Shown here piece after piece: positions 54,693-64,000 of a stretch of 64,000 nucleotides of DNA. Numbering within the stretch: the first letter of the stretch is position 1; every line of letters starts with the position of its first letter. This DNA is from Phyllosticta citribraziliensis (taxonomy: Eukaryota). Below the pieces are notes generated by a model. The model did not search any database, was not told the origin of the DNA, and worked only from the letters and a program-made list of their open reading frames with translations. The position numbers and the translations under genes were made by a program. The DNA is taken from NCBI RefSeq assembly GCF_038025025.1, contig NW_027117347.1, positions 806,001-870,000 on the forward strand. The letters are read 5' to 3'.

Positions 54693-57600
54693 ACCTTCTT
54701 AGAACCTCTTATTAGGCTTCTCTCTATTATAGACCTTAGTAGTATAAGTATACTCTATTAGCTCCTAGTACTTAATATATACTTATTTAATTAGATATTT
54801 AGAATTAAGGTACTTATAATTCCTAACTTATAAGATTTTATAATATTAAAGTCTCTTCTAATAGTATTATTTATAGGCTAGCTAATAGTTATCCTATAAT
54901 TTATTAAGAGGTTAACTATTATACTATTTCTCTTTTACTATAAATAAGTATAGGTCTAGGTAGTTTTCCTATAGGGTAATATTAATTAGGTATTTTAATA
55001 GTAATAGTAGCTCTCTATTCTAATCTATCTTTAAGAGATACTACTAGGTTAGGACTAAGGCTACTACTACTATATATACTACTATTATTAGGTTATCTTA
55101 CTTATATATAGGAAGTCTAACTAGTAGGAGATTCCTACTTACTATAACTATAGTAGATATATCTATTACTTTAATCTCTATACCTAGTATAGGTTATTAA
55201 GTCTTAATAATATTACCTAGGGAATAGTAATAGATAGTAGCCTTCTTATTAATTTCTACTAAGCTAGTTATAGTAGCTAGGGATTCTTTACTCTCTATAG
55301 AGTTTACTTTTATAGTTATAAGTCTTACTAACTTAAGGGATACTACTATAGGTAGGCTAGTAAATTTATAATACTTAACTATAAAGGGATACTATATAGA
55401 GGGTAGTTAAGATACCTTAGGGTATAATATTATTAATTTAGTATTACTTACTAGGTCTTACTCCTTAATACTAACTACTTCTAGCTTAATAGTTAGTAAT
55501 ATATATTTCCTAAATATCTAGAATAGTAAGTATCTTCTAGATTACTATTATTTAAGTTATAGTTCTTAGTATCTTTACTTATATTATAGCTAAAACTATT
55601 AGGACTAAAGTCTAACTTAGAAAGTAACTTTAATAAATATATCTCTACTTCTTCTAGAGTAATATTATTATTATCTCCCTTCTCCTTATTACTACTATCC
55701 TCCTTAAGTAGGTCTAGTAGTTTATATAGAGGTAGGAATATTAATATATTATCTAACTTATTACTATTAAAAAAGAATAGCTTAATATTTATCTTCTCCT
55801 TAATAATTATCTCTAGTAGGTTCTAGGGAAATATAGTATAGTTTCTAAGAATATTAACTAGATAATTATCTAGTCCCTTAATAGTTAATATTTATACCTT
55901 ATAATTCTTATTTACTATAGTATAGTATAGCTAAGGTTAACTAAGTAAAATACTCTATAGGTTAGCTTAATTAGTAACCTATACCTAGACTAAGAAGTCT
56001 ATATTTATAACTATAATAATAAAGTAAATAAAGTAATATAAGTAATTAGGGCCCTTAGTAGTATATATCTAATAGAGTATATATACTATATAGACTAGTA
56101 GCTATATTATCTAGACTATCTCTTTAAGGATAAGATTTACTATAGTACCTATATTAATAAGGACTTCTCTTACTCTCTAGAGATAGAAATCTAGATTATT
56201 ACTTAATTAGTATATAATAATAGTAATATAGAAGTTCTTAATATATAGGTTACTAATACTATTATTATAGAATAATATAGTTTCCTTATAGAATTAGATA
56301 TTTATAGCCTTATTTAGAACCTTCTTCTTCTTCCTAGTCCTCTTAATAGCTAGGCCCTTTACTAATAAGGTGTGTACCTTAGGTAATAATTAAAAGAGGT
56401 ACTTTATATAGAAGTCTAGGAGTAATTATATCTTACTAATTACCTTTATAAAGTTATAAGTAGGCTAGTTTAGTATTATCTAGATAATTAGTAGTTCTAT
56501 AGCCTTCTTCTTCTTCTTAAGCTTACTTATATCTACTAGCTTATCTTTATTAAGCTATATAGGACTTAAATAGCTAGAACTAGTAGTAGATTAGAATAGT
56601 ATCTTTAGAGGATTAGTAAATTATATATACTTAGCTAGTATAGGTTAAGGTATCTAGTTCTACTACTAGCTAGCTAGCTACTAGGTAGTACTATAGCCTA
56701 GAGGTTAGAATCTTAGTAGTAATAATAGGCCTAAGTTACCCTAGAATATTAACTTCCTACTAGCTAATAAGAAGGGTAGCTAGTCTTATAGGTAGGACTT
56801 CTATATAGATAGAATAGATAGAGTACCTATTTAGGCCCTTATAAAGGAGTTACTAGTAGCTAACTACTAAGGCTTCTAAGGAGTCTAGCTATTTAATACC
56901 TACTAGTTATCTAGTACCTATAGTAGAAATAGGTTATATTACTTAGATTAGAGAACTTTATTATTAATATTACTTATATTATTAACCCTAGCTCTCTTTA
57001 TAGTATAGACTTCTTCTTTAGTTAATTCTCTTTAAGCCTCTATAGTAAAACTCTATTAAGTAGCTCTTCCTAGACTATATTAACTCCTAACTACTATACT
57101 TTATAAAAGTAGTAGTTTAAGATATTATAGATCTTAGGTAATACTACTCTACTTTATATTCTATATAGGAAGTACTCCTCTATAAAGTAGGTATTACTAG
57201 TATTAGGATTCTACTAGCTATTATAGGTTTCTAGAAATTTATATAATAATTAGTTATTATTCTAGTACTATTTAGCTTTATACCTATACCTCTCTTTATA
57301 TATTCTCCTAGTATATAGATACTTATTACTATAGTAGTAGTTAGGTTTATCTTTTTAGTAATTAAAATATAGTAGCTCTTAGTAAGCTTTCTAGAGTTAT
57401 ATAAACTAATTTAGGTACTATTACTATTAAGTTAACTAAGTATCTTATACTAAGAACTATTCCCTTAGATACTACTATTAAGTACTTAGTTAATAGGAGT
57501 TAGTCTACTAACTACTTAGCTAGAAAGAATTAGATTACTAGTATAAATTACTCTACTAAGGATTTAGGCCTAGTTACTAGCCTTAGCTACCTTAGAATTA

Positions 57601-59774
57601 TAATCCTAGAGGTAGTTAATTATTCTACTAAAAGCCTAAAGAAGCCTAGTTAGTCCTATTATTTACTCTATAACTATAAAGGTATACTTACTAGGTACTA
57701 TTACTAGTTATATTTATTATAATAACTTACTTAAGAGCCTTATATATTAGACTAAGTTAAGCTCTAATAATACTACCTATTATCTAAGCCTATTATTTAT
57801 CCTTAATTATATATTATATCTTTTAAGTTTATTCTAAGGCTAGGCCTCTAGGTATAGAGTAAATAATATCCCTAATAATAGTAATTATATTATTAAATAT
57901 TACTAGACCTCTCTATCTAGTACCTCTTTTCTATCTAGAATTACTCTAAACCTATATTAATACTAGCCTACTAGTAGTATAGTTATTAAGATTTTCTATA
58001 AAGTACTTAATAACTACTTCTAATATACTAGTACCTATAAGCTTAATAATCTTCTTAGACTTAGTAATATATTCCTCTAGAGGTATTCTACCTTAGTAAA
58101 GTATAATAAAATCTTAGTATACTTATTTTACCTTATACTAGCTCTAGAGTAGGAAATACTTATATAGGTAGTTATAAGTAGTCTTAATATTATTATAGAT
58201 ACTATTATCTAGGCTATAGAAATACTCCTTAGCTATACCTTTAAGATAATTCTCTAAGAATAGTACTTATATAATATCTTACTCTTTAATTAGGAGATAT
58301 TAGTAAATAATTTAAGATATAATTATATATTATTAAGTCTATTATTTAGTATCTTTTCTATAATAACCTAAGAAAACTATTATTATAATAGGTATAGAAG
58401 TAGATACTACTATTCTAGCTAAATATTTAATAAGTTTATACTATTCCTTTTCCTTATATACCTTCTCTTCTTCTTTCTAGTATTAAGTCTCTTCTACTAA
58501 GTATTAAGCCTCTTCTACCTTCTAGTATTAAGCCTCTTTTATTAGGTATTAAAGTTCCTTCTCTATATTATTTATTATTTTAAATTAATAAATTTATTTA
58601 GATTCTATAATACTTACTAACTCCTATAATAAGGATAAGCCTACTTATAGTAGACTATAAGTTACTAAAGTCCTATTAGTAGTACTATAGGTATAACTAG
58701 TCTAAGTACTCTATATATATTAGCCTATATAAGTATAGTTAATATTTATATATAGATTATATCTTAAGATATAGGAAACTTACTAGGTCTAACTAAATAT
58801 TAGGCTTATAGGGGATAAGATAGAGGAAAATAAATAACTAGAAGAAGTAAATAATTTAAAAGATTATATTTTAAATAGTTAACTCTATAGAGACTATAAT
58901 AGAATCCTTAAATAGGTAAGCTTATTAATAAGTAAGTTAAAGGAGCTCTAAATTAAGGTAAGAAGATAGATAATAATAGGATTAATAATAGCTAATATAA
59001 AAGAGATAACCCTTTAGATTAATAATAGTAAATCTTAAGATTAGTATTAAAGAGTATAAGGGGTATTTAATACTTTTAATTTACTACTTAAATCTAATAG
59101 TACTAGGTTAATTATTAATATAGTATATTAATAGGGATAACTTCTCTTAAAGTAGTTAGAATCTAGATCTAGACTAGTACTTTTCCTAGTAGTAGTTAAG
59201 ATAAAGAACTAATACTATAATAAGTAGGAGTCTATTAATAGAGAGAGGTATTATAAATAATAAGTAGAGTATTAATAGTAGTATAAAGTTTAGTATAGAG
59301 AGTAGGTAAAGAGGAGACTAAAGGTTAAAAGAAAATAAAATACTAGAGTAACTATAAGACTTAGTTTTTTAGCTCTCTCTTAGATAACTACTATCTTTAT
59401 AGTAGCTACTACTATTATTATAAGGAAACTACCTTATAATAATAATACCTTTCTACTTTAGGACTATACTAGACTATACTCTAAGTTAAAAGTCCTAACT
59501 ATTATTATAGCTAGAGATATATAAGATAAGTAATTATTTTCCTAAAGTAATAGTATAATATCTATCTAATAGTCTTTATTTAATTTTTATAGTTATCTCC
59601 TAGTACTACTAGTAACCTACTTAGTATTATATAGTTTACTTAGTATATTATTTACTTAATAAGACTATCTCTACTAGCTTAATATATACTCCTACTACTT
59701 AAAATCTAGGTTACTTAATATACTAAAGTCTATACTATTAACCTACTACTAATTCCCTTATAGTAACTACTAGC

Positions 59775-59910
59775 TAATACTTAATTAATTAGAGTATAGT
59801 AGTTTTAGTAATCTACTTAATTAATACTAAGTCTAAGGTCTATTAGGCTAGGATGACTAACTAAAGTGCTACTCCTAATATTCTGCTATATATATAACTT
59901 CTGCCCCATA
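59775..59910 (-). repeat. 5' LTR of outer Gypsy element (136 bp)
   Basis: Direct repeat of 31329-31464; marks the sharp return from AT-rich to GC-rich DNA. Confidence 0.85.
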
Positions 59911-62387
59911 ATAGGAAGCGGGCGGGAATGTGGTGCAGATAGGGAAGAGGAGTGGGTAGTGTAGGGAAGCGGGACGACGGGGCGTTGAAGCAAAGTCTCC
60001 ATGTTGTCCGTCGACAACGTAAATTGGATGACGAGATTTCGATTCTGAGCAAACAGTGCTGCAAAAATGATGATCGTACTGTACTAGATTAATTCGAGAC
60101 AGGAAGTAAATTCCGAACGCATTTTTGGAATCCAGTCGTGCTCCGGAAGAGTTGTGAACGACGTTCTCTGGACAATGTCTCTTGAATCACAAATCAGTTC
60201 CCGTTTTCCACCACTCACTTCAGCATGATCCAGGAGCGTGTTGGCTGACGGGCGGCCATACCATGTTCCCAACCTCCTTCCATCACCCACACTGCAATCC
60301 CGCCTCTCCACACACGAAAAAAGATGTTTTCGGGACGAAACGGAAGTCAGCAGTTGCGCCACAAATACCGTTGTTTTCAGTCGCAAAGCTTGTACAGAAC
60401 TCTGTCAATTCAAGTTTCTTTCGCTTAAGGTTAAGCATGATAGAGTTACCGTGACACCTCGCTCCCGTTTGAACTGACAGGACAAGCTTCCCGTTCCGCG
60501 TTAAATTCCTCCCGCCGTCTGTCCACAAAATCATGTCGCGCGCACGTAACGTACGCATGTCAGTCCACACCAGCGGAACGCTTCCAACAAAAGAAGGTTT
60601 GTTGTCTTCGAGCACCAGTATGCCAGGGGCAGGAACTCGGCCGTCGACGAAATCGGAACATGTCCAGACACCACAACAGCAAAAGGAGGCTGACTGAGCG
60701 CGTGAGCACACCAACACCGCCAAATAACGACGACCGACAGGCTAGCGGCTCCGGCTCCTCGAGGCGGCGGGCGCCGGCGGCGCGTTGCACCTATGCCAGC
60801 CACGTGGAGCCACACGCTCGCTCCCTCAGGTCTCTTGAACCAGTGTACCAGCGTACCAGCGTACCAGCATTCGGGCGCAACCGCCGGCCAGCCAGCCCAG
60901 CCCAGCCCAGCCAGTACGCACGCACACAAGTAAGCAGGCGAGCAAGCCAACGAGCCCTGCGGGTTGAAGCTTAGTTCCGCCTCTGCGCGCTAGCGCTGGC
61001 TGCTAGGTCAGGGGCACGCGGGCTAGATGCGAGGGATTCCTCGCGTCGGGCTCTGCCATGCGCGCGCGCTCTTTTTCCCTGTCCATCTCTCTCCACAAGT
61101 GCGTGAATGCCCAGGTATGTGCTGTACTGTAGGAGTGCAGCAGCCGCCCGACAGTCGCGTGTCGTTGGTTATGGGCGCAGTAGCACCGACCCGTCACTTT
61201 TGTCGTGCTGTAGTTAATCAGCCCGTAGCTACCTACCAGCTAGCCAGCTAGCCCGGTTCGCTCGCTCGCGCGCTCATTTGAAAAATGGGCTGTGCTGCCG
61301 AGGTCCTTCTCCGAACCGAACCAAATTTTGGCTCTTCGCGATCCGGTCTGGCAATACGAAAAGCTCATTTTGGCTGCTGCCGAACGGCGGCCGGATGCTT
61401 TGGGTTGGTGTGGTTGGTTGGTTGGTTGGGTGTGTGGCTAGCTGTGCGCGAGCTGATCCGAGTGGGAGAACGCTGTGTCGCAGAAGCACGTAGCATGCGG
61501 AACGGAAAGCGAAGGCTCGTCGGGACGCTCGGCTGCGCTTCTCGGTCGTGTCGTGCGCGTGGTGACGTCCGTGGTAGCACGGTGCGAGTCTTTTTCTTTT
61601 GACCGCAGGGTTGTGTTCGTTGTCGCCATCACGCGGTACGAATGACTGCGCCCTCTTCGGATAGGTGGACAACAAGAGTGTCGTGGATTCTTTCTACTCA
61701 GAATTACAGCATTATCGTACAGTGGTATCGTACAAATCTGTCCAGTTGGACGTGGTGGTGGATTAAGTAAAGAAGCATCGCCATTTTTGAAGAAAGACAT
61801 CATTTGCCTTGGATATGCTCTGAAATGATTCGCAGTTCGTCAACGCTCCAAGGTCAGGACCAAGTGGATGAGGGAGTCGCGGAAGAAAGGGGGAAACAGT
61901 CTACAAGGAGTGTCTCTACTTGAAGGCGGGCAAACCGCTGATGTGCTGATCGAACTGGAAATGGGTATGGTGAAGAAGATTAACAAATTCCGCCCGCTGA
62001 GTGCATGCTGCGCTTCTAGCCCCGTGTTTCGTGATGAATTGGAAATTCCCAGCCTCTTGCTTATCCAGATGAGATGTTTGGCAAGCTGGAGGAAGCCGGT
62101 TTAGGGTGGGTGCGAAATACGAATTCGTCGGCCGTGAGACGCGGTCTCCAGGCAGGACAATGCCAAAAGCCGCTCGAGGGTGTGCCGTGCCGCCGTCTCG
62201 TCGAACAAGAAGAACAAAAAGAAGAAGCATGATTCGTCAACCGCAAACACCCCAGTAAATGCTCGACCAAGCAAAAGATCAACAATGATGAGGGATAGTC
62301 GAGAATGTGCACAAAAATGCGGCCTTCAGCTACTCCCACGGCCGTTACGCTTCTGCGTCTGCGAAATTAAAAGCTGAAAGGAGAGCT

Positions 62388-64000
62388 TTACTCGCTGGTG
62401 TCATCATCGTCGCAAAGTCCAAGGAGAGACTGGAGTCCGCCGGGCTTTCCGTGCGTGATCTGGTCCAAGATCTGAATCGCTCCGATGCGTTCAGGGAATT
62501 CGCAGCTCTCGGCCGCAGGGCGGTAGGTCGCAGAGGTGACGGAGATTTCGAGCCCCGAGGCGATGTTGTTCGGGATGACGGTGCCATTGGCCTAAATTGC
62601 GTTTGACGTCAGTTAGGCTCGTTGAAAGGGACCAGCTGCAGTCGGAAGGAATGGAGGGAATGGGAATAGACTTTCTGTCCACTGGATTGGGATCGAGAGC
62701 CTGACTTCCCCATGACAGGTGTTTGTCGAGGACAGATTAAAGTCGGGTCGCCGCAACCTTAATTTGATGCCATGGGATTGCATGTGCACCGGGATTCTGG
62801 ACTTGGCGGGAACAAGGGGAAGGGATTAGTTGTTGAATAACTTACCGCAGTAACTGCCCACGCCATATTCTGCTGCAAAAATGGAATCATTTCATTCGCA
62901 TCCATACACGGGACGTCGCCGTTGGAGACACGCTTCTCCAGCGTGTTGGTGATCGGGATGGAGCCGTACAAGGCCGTGTTTCCTGACCGACCAGGTGCCA
63001 TGGCCGTGCCAACGAAAAGACCAGAGGCTCCGAGAAGGCTCTCATCTGAGCGCCACTCGTCAGGGTTGTTGTTGTACGGCCCGAGGAAGACATAAATAGA
63101 ACCGGAACCGCCAAGCGCGAACTTGTCAATTTTGTAGTTGACCGAGTACTCAGTTCGCGTCTGGTTCTTCTTGGCCGCGCCGGAATCAACTGAGCCAGGC
63201 TGGACAAATGCCTTGACAGTGTTAACGACGCCGTCCATCATTTCTTCAACAGCGTCACCAAGTTTGCCGACAGTTCGTTTAGTGGGGTGACCAATGGTTG
63301 GCTGGCCGTAGAGATTGTTGACCGTGGTCCTCAGGGCGTTGATATCGGGATTTTGAGTCTCTGGGTAGTCGTAGTGCATCTTCTTCCAATCCCGACAAGA
63401 TTCAGACGTCCAGAAATTGCCAGAAGCGTCCGAATGGAAAGGGGTCAAGGCTGTTCAATGTCAGTGCTCGATCGATTCCGAATTCAAGATTGAACCCTTA
63501 CGAGAGTTGGCATCCTGCACGGAACCAGCGTTGATCGTGTACGTCGAGTAATCCTGAGTCTCGGGTAGCACGTAGCTGTCCGGATGCAAAGCCTGCCAAA
63601 TGGCCAGCACTCTGTCAACTTGAATGTGGTGAAGCATGAAGAATGGGTCAAATGCAGACCAAGGCACCTCGAGCATATTGCCGTTGGCGCCTCCAACGTA
63701 GTTGTGCACCCAGCCATGGATCGTTTCGAAACTTTGATACTGGGCCGGATGATAAGAAGCCATGCTGCTGACAAGCGTGAAGTTGTCATAATTGACAAAG
63801 AGGTCATAGAGTGCGTCTCTCAGTTGAACGCGGAGCGACTGCATGCTGGACTTCACTTTGCCCTCAGTATTCTGAGCGTCTGTAGTCAGGCTTGTAGGGT
63901 AGCGCAAGGTCGTCTGGTACTGCTGGAATTGGGGTTCACTCGGATCCGCCAAGTCGCTCGGATTCAGTGGGTGGAATCGGTATTGGTAAAGGGGATTGTC
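62388..64000 (-). CDS. Tyrosinase (type-3 copper) with C-terminal shielding domain; 5' part outside window (introns ~63500-63452 and 62845-62592)
   Basis: CuB motifs FETIHGWVHNYVGG and SAFDPFFMLHHIQVDRVLAIWQ; TPF...YDYPE; last exon ANGTVIP...ITHGKPGGL...DTSE* with branch site and TAG acceptor. Confidence 0.9.

Larger units (their letters stand above)
31329..59910 (-). mobile_element. Outer RIP-saturated Ty3/Gypsy LTR retrotransposon (~12.1 kb after removing two nested insertions)
   Basis: 136-bp direct repeats at 31329-31464 and 59775-59910; polypurine tract on the minus strand at 31465-31484. De-RIPed minus-strand motifs: DYSNGYWAVP (~45715-45750), MGQGLTGAP, YFVDDIFGG (~45493-45519), RNase H ELEVLALV/VYTDH, integrase LDYLGPL/VDYFTK (~44000-44085). 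Domain order RT-RH-IN. Confidence 0.85.

Noticed and set aside
31329..59910. AT-rich block as mitochondrial insertion, foreign DNA or centromere
   Set aside because: TpA excess with CpA/TpG loss, plus LTR/TSD structure, explain it as RIP-mutated retroelements. Centromere identity cannot be inferred from sequence.
59911..61860. Many short overlapping ORFs and simple repeats ((CCAGC)n ~60890, (TTGG)n ~61410)
   Set aside because: No recognisable motifs or consistent exon structure; typical intergenic DNA.
62098..62110. TTAGGG hexamer as telomerase RNA template or telomeric relic
   Set aside because: Single unit without the 1.5-repeat template context; expected by chance.

Overview
Filamentous ascomycete (Pezizomycotina; Dothideomycete-like by inference) genomic DNA in three parts. 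(1) 1-31328 is a compact, GC-rich run of intron-containing housekeeping genes: MAK3/NAA30, LRO1, RTG2, a hypothetical protein, SYP1, a CAK-like kinase, MO25/HYM1, a PAS hybrid histidine kinase, an FKBP-STIMATE fusion, tubulin cofactor A and MCM4. (2) 31329-59910 is a 28.6 kb AT-rich, RIP-mutated block that resolves fully into one ~12 kb minus-strand Ty3/Gypsy element with 136-bp LTRs. Two full-length ~8.2 kb plus-strand chromovirus copies have inserted into it, each with 423-bp LTRs and an exact 5-bp target-site duplication. (3) 59911-64000 is intergenic DNA followed by the 3' part of a tyrosinase. Most notable: the chromovirus carries an antisense ORF with a Cys-rich DUF3716-like motif; three small upstream exons add a KIX-like helical domain to the CAK-like kinase; a secretory FKBP is fused to a STIMATE/YPL162C-type membrane domain; the chromovirus shows a Tf1-type self-priming signature; and a candidate structured RNA lies between two convergent genes. 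All family assignments come from motif recognition by eye; no searches were run.
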